Of a DNA stretch of 64,000 nt, positions 1-13,100 are shown piece after piece. The stretch's first letter is position 1; each line of letters opens with the position of its first letter. The notes below the pieces were generated by a model that was not told the origin of the DNA, ran no database searches, and saw nothing but the letters and a program-made list of their open reading frames with translations. The position numbers were made by a program, and so were the translations under genes. This DNA comes from a virus (taxonomy: Duplodnaviria; Caudoviricetes): the IMG/VR virus record IMGVR_UViG_3300028888_000069, positions 61,413 through 125,412 of that record. The stretch is one strand, 5' to 3'.

Positions 1-1
1 C

Positions 2-3000
2 AGAAATCTGTATAACATAATTTCTATAATCACTTCCATACCCGTATCTATACTAATTCTATCTTCTTGTTTTTAAAATTTCAAAAGATTCTCCTGGATT
101 TTCCACCATTAATACAGGTAATGGATCATAATCATTATAAGAACTCCATCTATAATATTCATATCCTCCCATAGGGTCGATAATTTTTATCACAGGTTCT
201 TGGTTAGTATGTTCAGTAGAACGTTTTATCGGAGCACTTTCTATTAATATATCCTATAAAGAATAATTTTCCAAATATTTTGTTAATGATTTTTCTCTAT
301 CTTGTTTATTACTAGGAGTATCCAATTCTCCTAACCATTTATAGTATTTATATAGAAATGATTTATTTACAGACTATCTTCTATCATCATTAAGTAAGAC
401 ATCCTAGAATATAGTAGTTAATCTTTCAGATCCAGCATGGTTAGCATTTACTATAAAATTATATATAATAAATAAATCAGCTATAGAAGGGCCTTTTTTA
501 GTCAGCCTATAATTAAATAATTTATTTAATCCATCTTTATAATTTTGATATTTATTTCTGTCTTCCTAACTATTTTCTTTTTCCAACATGTCTATATTTA
601 ATTTATAGAATGGAACTTGCTTATCCTCAACACCTACTAATCCCTGTATAAAAGCATTATCTTTTACAGATATATTTTTATCAGAAGTATTAGATATTAT
701 AGGTATAGTTCCTCCTTTTAATCCTGGAATTATATATTTTTCAAAAACCATCTTAAAAGTGCACAAATCATGAGCATTTTTTATTACAAATGGTTTAGAA
801 CTTGTCCATTTTTCTTCGAGGAAAGACGGACTTAATACCGTCCAGTTCTTTTCCATATATAACTCTGGTTCCTATTCCTGTAGAAAATCTGATATTAACA
901 TTTTATCAATAATTCCCTAAAACTTATATTCATAATCAAATGGAGTGCGAGGGAAATATTTTCTCAATTCTTTAGAATATCTCTATAATAATCTACTTTT
1001 AATAGGTATTTCATTAATAACAAAAACAGCATATCCAGCAACTTTAAACATTGAGCTAAAATGTGGAGTATGATTGAATATATAAAAAGGATTTAAAGTT
1101 ATTTTTAAAGGATTATAAAACTATTCAGTCTTCTTTCTATAATTTTCTGAAATAAGCCAATCTAATGTTGTGAAATTTCCATCTATAATATCTGAAAAAT
1201 AGTTTTCAAATTCTTCTACCTCCATTCCATTTCCATATAAATCCTAAATAACTGCTTCATCCCATTCCCCTTCTTTATTTTTTAATTTAGGTTCAATTTT
1301 TGTTATTAAATTCTTTAAAGAATTTTGCCAAGAAACTAAATCTTTATTTACTGCTTTTACACCTTGATTTATTCCTAAGCCTCTTCCTAAAGCTGAAAAT
1401 TCATCCGCCCCATTAAGAACCTTCTCAAAGGTATCCAAATCATTTAAATATTGTGTAATAATAGGTATAGAGAAACCTTTTTCATTTCTAATTAGATTAT
1501 CTAATTCCTCATTAAATCTTGCCTTTATTGTTGGATGTACTCCCCTAAGACTTGGCACTTTATTCTTTTCTGGATCAATTTTGTTATTTAAATATTTCCT
1601 AATATATGTTATTATATAATTAGCACTTATATTCTAATTGTTTATTATATTAGGATCAGTTATTTTATCTATTAAAGATATTAAAGGAGAGAACATAAAA
1701 GCAGCAATATCCTTTACATCAAATCCAAGGGTCATTAAATATAAATGGCATTTTGCTAATTTAGTTCCAGCATTAATTGCACCTAATATTAACTCTTTAG
1801 CATTATCGGTTGCAGCAGAGATAACCTAAGAAATTACTCCATCAACAGGAATATCAGGTTTTAAATATTCTCCTTTAACTGTTTTTAATAATCTATCCCT
1901 TAATTCTTCATTTAAGTCAAAATCAGGTAAAAATTGTATATTGGATTCTTTTTCTATATTACCTGACCATCTTCCTTCTATTCCTTTTAAGTTCAAATTA
2001 AATTTAACTTGATTAAAATCAACTCCCTATTCTAAAGCCTCTAAAACTGCATATCTCCAAATATACTGACCTTTTTGTCCATTAGCTGATATACCTGTTA
2101 CCGCTTTTCCTACCATATTGATCCTCTATAATATAGCCATCATAGCAGGATTAAAAGGACTTAATTTCTCTAATTCCTTTGCTTTTGGTGCTTTTTTCAA
2201 AGTCCCTCTTAATTCCTCTATAGCTACTGGAGAATAAGAAGGAATTAAATTTCCTATTTTTGAACTTATCTTTTGAATACCAGTAGATATAAAATTCTTT
2301 AATATCTTATCTCTAATATTAAGAGATTGATCATAATTATCATGTTTTTGTATATCTCCTAATATTGCTTTAGCATCTTCTTCTGGAATACTCTAAGAAA
2401 ATTTTATATTTGTTTTCTTTGATTTGTATAAATCTTTTAGTATTCTTCCTATAACTTTTAATCTACTTATTCTATCATTAATTTCATTAGAAGTGGTAAG
2501 GCTCTTATAACCAATACCTTCAGTTACGATAAAACTATCTTCGTCTTTAATATTTTCATCATTAGTAAATCCAACATTTTTTGCTAAAGGAAGATATTCA
2601 TCACTAGCATTTAATGTATCAATAGAAGTATAATCAAATAAATTACTCCATCCTATAAATATACCATTGTCATCAAATTCAAATCCCATCATATAAGACT
2701 TATCAATATCATAGTCAGATCCCTATAAAAAGGCCTACCAGTGAGAAACCGCACACTAGTTAGTACTTGAACCATTAAATCCTATACACTCCATCTTCAT
2801 AAAAGATTGAAGGTTTTGTGCTGGAATACGAGAAGATGTAAAAAATTTAGATTTCATAAAAGAAGTATGACGTTTCTTAGATATTTCTTTCATGTATAAT
2901 TTATTCCAATAACTTAATTTAGAAGGCTCGTGGCCTCTTTTTAATTTATTTACTTCATTTACTAAATTATTTAATACATCTGCATCATCAATTTTTAAGG

Positions 3001-6000
3001 TAGCTTTAATAACTCTTTTTACATTATATATTGATGGATATAAAATTTTAGTTTTTATTTCTTTTACTAAATCATCACTTATTTCGTTCCCAAAAATCTT
3101 TCTTACTTCCTCATCAGTAAAAGGCTTTCCAGCATTAAATCTTATATACTCTTCTTTTCTTTTTCCAAAGTCTATTGTAAATACAAACTATTTAATATTC
3201 TTTAAATAATTAAATAATTCCTAATTTCCCTCCTTTTCTGCCTATTTTATTAAATTATCAAGTATTTTAACTACAAGAGGACAGTTTTCTCTTTTAAGAT
3301 TATAAGCAGGCTAAATTAAAGCATATTTATCCGATTTAAAAATAGAATTTATTAAATTAGATATTTCTTTCCTAATTAAATATTGTTCGTTAGTAATTCT
3401 TTCTGGAAGTAAACATCTTGAAAGATTATCTCTATCAATGCAAAATTTAGTAAAAATAGAAGATCCATTTGAAGGAATTATATTATATTTATTTAAGAAT
3501 ATAATCTATTCACATATAGTTCCATCACTTGCAAAATAAAAAGTTCTCTTTTTAGATATTACTTTTCCTTCTTTATCTAAGAAATTCTTCCCATCATAAG
3601 TAACACCTTCAGCAACAATTCCTCTTCCTACTTCATATAATGGAATATTATTTCTATCCATTACATATATTCTATGTTTTATATTTCCAATCTAAGTTGG
3701 GTTCCCATTTTCGTCTTTTATATCTTGCCTATAAAGACTAGATTGTTTCCATACTTTCTTTTTTTGGCTATATAAATCTGAATTGGAACTTGGAGATAAA
3801 GATATATAAACATCCTTTTTCCCATTTAAACTAAGTAATTGAAAATCAAAATCATATTTTTCTGCGTCTATTTTATTATCAATATAATTATCAAAATAAT
3901 CAGGATTAGATTCTATATCGTACATACTATCATAGGTAGATAAACCAAACTAAGAAGCATATACATTGGACATTATAACTTCTGCTGATTTATATTTCAT
4001 ATCAGTTACCTTATATAAATTGCCATTTCTATCCTAATATTGTCCCTGATCTAATAATCTCAAAAATTCTGGAATAATTACCTTTTGATAATGTGCTATA
4101 GATATTTGAGCAGCCTATGAATTCTTAGCTTGTTTTCCAAGCTAATAAAGTTCAATATAAGGCCATGTATCAAATATATTTCTATTGACAATTTTCCCGG
4201 AAGGGGTTTCATAAGAAAAATGTATTCTAGCTGGAGCCAAATCCCTAGGTTTATTTCTTACTATAGAAGTTTCTAATATTGAAATTTCTGCATTAGGAGA
4301 TAGTTCTATTTTATTCCCGTTTTCATCATATATATCAGCTTTCTTTAAAATTAAATCTTTAACAAAATCTTCAGTATTCATTTTAAATTCATAATACTGA
4401 GGTATTGTTTTAAGATTTACTTCTACCTATAGGTTATTATTTACAAATGGCATTCCTCCCTCTATATATTCATGTTTGAATTTTATTCTTACTCTACTTA
4501 ACGGATCATAATTCCTTAATATTTCTTGTTTTTTAGAAGGTGTCCATAATTTGCTGTCTTTCCAAGATATTATATTATCATCTGGAGCTACTTCTTTTAA
4601 ATAGGAGTCTACTAAAGTTTTATTATATAAAATCTAATCCGTTAAATAAGGAGGCCTTTTTTGAGGATTAAGTCTAAAATAATTTCTTGCTTCTTTTAAA
4701 ACATCTGGATATTGTAACTTTTTTCCATTTATTTCATATATCTAGTATATTCCATAAGAAGGTACCATTACCTAACCTATTCCAGGATATTTTCTTTTTA
4801 TAGCTTTACTATTTAATATAGAAGCAACAGTAGAAAGAATTTGACCATATACGTTATGATCACTAAATGGAATTTTAAAAGTGTCGTTAAGGTGGTTTTC
4901 GTTTAGATTAAAGTTCTTTTTTATATTTCTCAATATACTTTCTAATAATCCTGCTCTTCCACCATTTTCACTAAAATTATTTATGATAGTATTTCCAACA
5001 ACTCTGTATAAATCAGCAAAATCCCCTTTTTCTATTGCTCCTTTTAGAGCATCTAATTCTACCTAAGCCGCTTTTAATGTTTGTTCACCAATGGCCTCAT
5101 ATAATTCCTATACTTCTTCGTGATAATATCCACCGGAATCTAAAGCAGATATAACTTGAGACATTTCTGTTACTTCCGCTTCATCTGCTTCATGGTCAGA
5201 ATCCTATTGAGGACCGTATTTCTAAGTGCTTGCTTTAGTAGTTTTTAATTCCTTATTAGGGTCTAATAAATCTCTAAAAGAATTAACATTAGAATATCCA
5301 TTTTTCATCGCAGATTTATAAACAATACAATCAATTAATTTATACTTTAAAGGCTGATAATAATAAGTTTGATTTACTGGAGGTCTTTTGCCATTTTCTT
5401 TCTAATAACGAGCATTTTCTTCTGTAGGCACACAAACATTATTCATAAAATTGACAACTATATAATTAGAACTTTCTGAATATTCTAAATTTCCATCCAC
5501 TAAAGATTCACAGTACATTCCTCCCATTGCTTGCCATAGCCTATAAAGAGAATTAATAGTATCAAGACCTTCTAACTTTTTAGTAGATCTTATATGTCCC
5601 TTTTCATTACTAAAATAATGATATACTGTTCTTATTTCATTAAAATTGCCATCACCAGAAGCATCTACTTCTTTTTCTTTTGTATAATAAGTACCATCTT
5701 CATCTCTTCCAAAATCTATAATTTCATAATGTTTATCATCAAGCATGTAGAATAGCTGTTTTCCCATTAATATATTCTTTCCAAAAGTTTTATTTCCAAT
5801 AACAGCTGACCAACCTTTTTTTGATAAATCTATTTCATCATCCGCCCATCTTTTATCGGCCATTTTCTTGAAAGCCATTCCCAAAGAATAATCACTTGCT
5901 TCTGACCTTCTCATTAATTCATTAGTTATTGTATTAACAGCATATTTTACTAATTTTCTTCCTCCATATTTTGGTATATCAATATCCCATAAAGGTTTTT

Positions 6001-9000
6001 TTACTTCATAACCAACCGCATTATCGCCTAAAGAATAATTTTCTAATATAGATGTAAAGGCAGTCATATGAGCAGATCCATCGTGAGCATCTATAGTTTT
6101 GCCTTTAGACCAACCATTTTTTCCTATAAAATCAAAAACAGGTGCTTTATCATCTTCGACAACAGCTATTGTATATTCCGAAACTATTCCATTTATTTCT
6201 CCTTGTCTATATCTATCCATTGTTCCTGGATTTGCCACTGTTCTTTTTGACTGAGCTAATATACCTAATGCTTGTATTCTAGAAGAAAGATTTTCATATT
6301 CTAATTTTACTTTAGACAATAAGTCTTCTGGAAATTTTTCTCCCAATGTTTCTAAAGGAGCGTTTGCTATTGTCCTTAGGTCAGATATGGTAACTATGAC
6401 GTTTTCTACATCATCTGTTGCAAGTTTTCCGTTTAATATATTTATTGCTCCTTTTATAAGCCCTTTCTAAGTAGGATCAAAATTTTCTAATATATTAATA
6501 TTAGAAAAAGTTTTAATAGCATGAAAAGCCTCTGTTCCCATTATTTGATGTCTTAAATTCTCATTTACAAGAGCATTAAAATAGACATACATTTGTATAG
6601 CAGGATTATATTCTATATGTTCTCCTTCATTTAATTCAATTGGATTATTTAATATATAATTATCAACATTTCCTTCGGAATCGGTTTTTTTAGCTAGAAT
6701 AAGAACCCCGTCGGTTGTTACCCAATCTTTTACCCCGTTTTTACCTAATATAGTTTCTAAAATTCCCGAATAAGAATCGTTGTTTACCTTTAATAAGGTA
6801 TAATATTGCATTAAAGAATTTACATATTCTCTTGTTTGATTTCTTAAATATTGGGCTATTGAATTTTCATCATTGAATACATGTAAACCCATTCTAACTA
6901 CCGTTTCATTTATTGTACAATATCCTCCTCTAAATGGCCTATAATGTAATTCTTCATAAACTTCTACTCCTTTACTATTAGCCTATTCTATAAAATCCCT
7001 ATAATTTAATTCTTTTAATTTCTATTCGGCTTTAAATAAAATATCTTCTATTTTCTCTCTATTTTTTTTAAATTTATCAAGAGTAAAATACCCTTCTTTA
7101 CTGTCGCCTTCATTTAAAGAGTCATAAAAACCAAATATTCTATTATAATCATAAGCTATATTATATACTAAATTTTTATAATAATTACCTAATGTATTAG
7201 ATATAGCTTCTACATAGTCTCCTTCTTTTTTTGTTGCCCATTCTTTTACTTTATTCTGTACTTCTCCTTCTTTTGAATTAAAAATATCAATCCCAAGTTT
7301 TTCCAAAGCTATTCTAAAATTTATAAATCTTTTTTTGTCAGAATAACATACAGGTTGTGCCAAAAATTGTCCTTCTTTTAATGGAAGCAAAAACTTGTGA
7401 AGGAAATTATGCTGCAATAATTCAGAATCTGTAAAATCTGATACCTATTTAGATTCCCCATACTTATTAAATTCTGAATCCATAGTTATATTCAAAACAG
7501 CATTTATAGCCCCTTCTTTAGTAAATAATAAGTTATTTGTTACACAGCTATAATCAGTTTCTGCTTTTCCTACATAAGCTGTTCTAAGAGTTTCCAACCA
7601 AATATCCATAAAAGCTTTTGAATGATTTGGCTATTTATCACCATTTCCATTGGTAGTTGTAGGTTTATTATATTTGTCTCCTAATTTATTTTTTGCGTCT
7701 GAATAATCATCAAAAATAGTATCACCTTCTGACAGAGAAGTGCCTATCATTACCCTTCCTTCATTTGGAATTTCTAAAAATATTTTTCTATTATCTAAAT
7801 CACTAGATAATAATTTTCTCATAGGCCTATCAGCATCAGTCCAAAATCTGCTATCTTTAAACCAATCATCAAAATATTCTACATTTTCTTGACTTTCGTT
7901 TATCCTATATTCATTATACCTACTATTTATATCAGCAGCTCCTAATACCCTAGCTGCAGCCATTACAAACCTATTTAATGGAGAAAACCTATCGTCCTAT
8001 GTACTTCTTAATACTTTTTCTTTAGAATCTTTAATTAATAAATCAAGTATTTTATAATCTTGTAATAATTCTAATTGGAGTTCTGTGTCTATAAAATTTA
8101 AAAGATTAAGAAACATGCCTACTTTTACAGTACTTTCATGACTTAAATTATGTAAAAAGCTCTCTGTTCCAATAAATTTATTTTTTCCTCTTATTCCATC
8201 TACAAATTCTTCTATGTCTACAGAAGTTTCAATTCCATTATCTTCATGTATAATATGAATTGATTGTGTAGCATTTCTTTCTTCAAATTGGAATGTAGGT
8301 TCTATAGTTTTTATTTCTAAACGATAAGACTTATCTGGAAAATATATTTTAATAATTTTTTCTTGTTCTAGGGTAGGCTATTCATAAGAAATAAAATAGC
8401 CATTCGTTGAATAAATTTGATGCTATGCTCTACTTTTTAATTCAAAAACTTCATTTCTAGTTTTCGATTTCTTAATATCCTATACGGTAATATTTCCGTT
8501 ATCAGAAACTCTTGTATCCAAATAATTAACAGGACTAGTTGAAGTAAAAGTTGCTATTATAGAAGAACAAATACCATAAACATCTGTATTAATTACAGAA
8601 CTATTTTCTTTATTTTCTATTTGCCAAATTCCTACCTACTATTTCCCGTTTCCAAAATGACCGTACATAAATCTATAGACGTCTTTAAATACTTGAAAAT
8701 CGGAATCAATTAATCTATCTTGTTTTAGATCAATTCCTTTACTAATTAAGCCTCTTCTAACTCTATTTGGGTCATTATCAAAAATTCCACGTGTATTTCC
8801 TACCCTAACTGGTAATTTTCCGTTTATTAATAATATTCTAAATATATTATATAAGGCTTCTGGTTGGTTTCCATTAGCCAAATCATAAAATGCGTTTTTT
8901 AATGCTATTTCCCAAGTGCTATTTCCAAGTATGTTAACAGTTGATCTTAACCTTGAAAGAGCAGCAACATAATCTTTTAATTTTAAGTATCCCCCATTTT

Positions 9001-10114
9001 CGCGAGGGATACTTTCTATTATTCTTTTTGAAAATTTTCCAGTCTATTTTAAAGCATCAGAAATTGTGTTAGTCCAATCTCCTTTTAAAGCATTTTTTAC
9101 TTTTAATTGATATTTATATTTAGTAACGGTTTCTCCTCTTCTATTTTGTTCTTTGACTATAGGAGAAGAATATTTTTTATTTCCTTGTATAAACCCTATA
9201 TCACTTTTTATAATATCGTCAAAATGCTCTAACATTAAATAAGCATTTATTGCTTCCAATAAATTTGAATCAGACGTTTTTCCGGTTATTGCATTTAAAA
9301 AATCTTCATTTAATTTCTCAAAGTAGCCATTCTCATTTTCTTCTTTAAGTTCACTTATATATTGTGCAAATAAAGACATTAATTTAGGAAAATGAAGAGA
9401 GTTATATGTGTAATTAACATCATATTTACTTAAAGCAAGTGGTTTTATTTTCCCTGTTTCTGAATCAAAATGGTTTTTCTTTAGAAAATCCTGTTTAGTT
9501 ATAAGAAAGTCATGGATAATCCTGGTAAGTTTATTTATATAATAACATAATCCTTCGTTTAAATCTCTTTCATTTCTAATAAGCCTAGAAGATTCTATAT
9601 TAGGTCCTCTTTGTACTACACATAAATCAAAAATTTTATGAAAAGCATCATCCTTGAAAAAGGAAATTAATACATCATTATTTCCAAAATAGTCTTCATA
9701 ATCATCCTTTATTTCTCTTTCTTCTTCGTCTTCTTCTTGAGTTAAATTAACTTCCTTTTTTTCTTCTTTTTGAACAGGTTTTATATTTTCTGTTTTAGAA
9801 TCACTAAATTCTCTTTCTATATATTTCTTTACTTTTTCTTTTTCATCGTCTAAAATATTTATTTTATCTACGCTACTTATAAGAGATTCTTTTAAATTAT
9901 TTATAGAAGTATCAAATTCTTCCTAATCATACATTGTTTCTCCTGAATCATTAGGAATATTTTCTAATGGAATGCCCATCTTCTATTTTAAAAATTTTTT
10001 TAATTCTCCATATTTTAAATAAGATCTGTCTTTTAAAAATTTTGTTAATTGTCTTTTTATTAAAACATCATCCTTCTAAAATAAACTTTTAACTTCACAA
10101 GAATTACCTAACAT
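2..10114 (-). CDS. crAss-like virion DNA-dependent RNA polymerase (single-chain, fused beta/beta'-like), >3,370 aa under TAG=Gln; runs off the left edge
   Basis: Eleven track fragments (566, 1244, 2393, 3692, 4142, 5402, 6467, 7022, 7631, 8639, 9044) share one frame and end in TAG. ATG at 10114 lies 11 nt after the upstream TAA. Catalytic DxDxD-type motif W-Q(TAG)-AFL-Q(TAG)-GSDYDIDK with DYDID at 2702-2716, preceded by SRIPAQ (~2815-2835). Also SAMKNG (~5300) and DSDHEADEAEVTEMSQ (~5160-5205), which I recognise from crAss RNAPs. Confidence 0.9.
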
Positions 10115-10125
10115 TTTTATTATAT

Positions 10126-13100
10126 TTAGCAGTTTAATAGTTTATTAACTAATTTATCTAAAAATTCTTCTTTATATTTTTCTTCTTCCCCTTCATTGAG
10201 TTTATCAGAAAGGTTTTGTAAAAGTGATTTTATTATATTTTCTTTTCCTTCCTTAATAGATTCTATTAAATATTCTTTTTTGGATAATATTTTTCCATTC
10301 CTTTCTTGATCACTTAGGACATCTAAAGCTTTTAATCCCTCATCTATAAGATCTCCTGTTTCTTCCTCATCAAAACCTTCATTATCAAAAAGATAACTTT
10401 TAATAGCATTATCTAAACCCTCTTCTGTAAGTTCATTATTAGTTGGGTCTACAGTTGCTCCTTTTATTTCAACTTCTCCTCTATCATTTATTAATACTTT
10501 AAAATCTCCCCCACTATTAGTTAAAAAGTGTATTTCTTCTCCTCTTAATTCAAAATGTCCATTCCCTTTTTCTTTGATAGAAGAGACTTCTTTTAAAACA
10601 GTCCATTTATAATTATCTTTTCCTTCTTTATTTATATTTATAGGAATATTTCCTATAAGAGAGTTGTGGTTTTCAAGGGGTTTTGTAGAAATATCATTTA
10701 TTATACTTCTTATATTATCACCAACAAGATTCTTGTATATATCAAAAGGTCCCCAACCCACTTCTGAAGCCTCTTTTAAAGTTTCTTCTATGGTTTCTTC
10801 ATCTACTATTTCTAACTTAAATAGTTCATTATTAAATAAGAAATGTGTTATTTCTTTTTTCTTTTCCTCTTCTTTTACTTCAATTCTAGAAGTGTCTTCC
10901 TAATAATCATCAAAAGATATTTCTATAACAGAAGATCTAGGAACTTTATCGGTCAAGTAATATTGTATCTAAGTTGCTGATTTCTAATATCCTAAACCAT
11001 TTCGTGTCTTCTTAGATAATAAAGTGTCTACTAACATTCCTTGCCAAAATAAAGATTTTCTCATATGAGGAGGTCTTTTTCCTTTCACAAAGTCGTTAAC
11101 AGTTCCACCTATTGAAACAGAACCATGTAAGGCTAGATTTATCATATTTATAAATCTTCTGTCATTAGCTTCTGTGCCATCATCACTCAAATAAATTCCA
11201 GGCTAAGAATCATATTCTCCATCAGTAGAGTAAGCAGATAAATCATATAAAGGTCTTAATCTAGGTTTTCCTTCTAATACTTCTAGTATAGAACCAAAAG
11301 ACATTGTCATTTCATTATCTTTTCCCTTATTTAATATAATTCTGTCTTCTATTATATCGTCATTTTCTTTGAATTTAGTTGCATTAATAGCAGTAGCTAC
11401 TTTAACCAATAATAAAGGAAGTACTTTTAATCGATCAACTCCTTCTAAAGATATTGAAACGTCTTTATCTAAAGTGAAAGTTAAAGTTCCGCCCTTTCTT
11501 TCTTTAGCATTATTTAATAGATTTATCCAATTTTTTTCATCAGTAGCATAATCTATTAAATCCTATTCTTTTATAGAATCTATAACTTCTTTTGGGAAAA
11601 CTTTATAAATTAACTAATTAAATAGCTCTTCTACCATTCCTAGGTTTTGATTAGCTACTATAGGATTTATATAAGCATATCCTTCTTCATATTCTTTATG
11701 CCCATAAGTTTTAGTAATTGAATCTCTTATATATACACCATGTTTAGATTCATAACCAAGTCTAAACTGAGGATTTTTAGAAGAACCATTAAAGTCTATT
11801 ACAGATTTTACATCTTCTAAATCTTCTTTAGTCAGTTCAAAATTTTTATAATTTAAACTTGAATATGTTTCAGATTCTCTTACTTCTTTTGAAAATTTAT
11901 TTAAATCTATTGATTCTAGTTCTTTTAACCATGTTTCATAACTTTGTCCCTCTTCATGTTTTAAATCCCATATAAAATGAAGTTTAGATTCTATTTCAGC
12001 TCTTCTTTGAGCTTCTCTTAATATCTGTTCTTCATTATCAGATTTCAATAATCTTCCAAAGTATTCTAATAATTCTTTTTTATATGCCCTTAAATTTGAT
12101 CTAAAATTCCAAAAAGCAGTAAACATTCTTATAGATTGAGGAAGAGCTTCAAAAGGGAATGTATAAGTATCACCATGTTTTGTTTCAAAAGCATAATTAT
12201 ATCCTTTATTATATAAAGATTCAAAACTAACACCTGCATGATCTAATGTTATTTTAGATACAAATGGATGCCAAGGAGATGTCTCATCTGTATAAGCATC
12301 AAGTAATTCATCTTCTTTTAAAGTTCTTACACTAGAAACTAAAATGAAAGGTTTGCCCCTTCCTTCAGACTCTTCTCCTGTTCTTTCTTTTACCCATGTA
12401 TATACAGGACTTGTTACATAATTTTCTGTTCTGGCATTATAAGCAGAAACAAAATCAGATGATTCTGGAGTAGAATTAACTTCTCTTAATCTAACTCTAG
12501 TTCTTTTATATTTTCCTTTAGAATCTTTTTTAACAGTTCCGTCCTTATTTAATAATTTAGCATCCGCTAATTGAGTTTTTTCTAAGAAATTAGGTTTATT
12601 AATTCTTTTGCTTCCAACTCTCCATAGCATTGCTAAATTTTCCCTGTATTCATCTGCAAATCTTCCTTTGTCTATATCGTCTATTTTCTTTTTAAGTTTC
12701 CTTATTTCTTCTTCAATCTTTTTTACTCTTTCTTCAGATTCTTCACCTTCTTTTTCTTTCTCTAATTTCTCTATTTTTTGTTCAGCTTGTTTTGATAAAA
12801 TATCAAAAGAATTAGTAGCTTTACTATCAGGTAAAACAGATAGGGTAATAGTATATACAGCACCATTATTTAATTTTAATTTCATCTAGACATCATTTAT
12901 AGATTTTACTTCCCAATAAGAATCTTTTAATCCCTATTCTTGAGTAACAAAATGATGTATACTAGGATCTAAATCCTCATGTACTGCATAATACTCTGCA
13001 TTTTTCAAAATATCTATTATATCATCTTCGCCTATAGCAAAGTTTTCTTTTACTACATTGTTATAATCGTCTAAAAATCTCCTATACTGTACTATAAATT

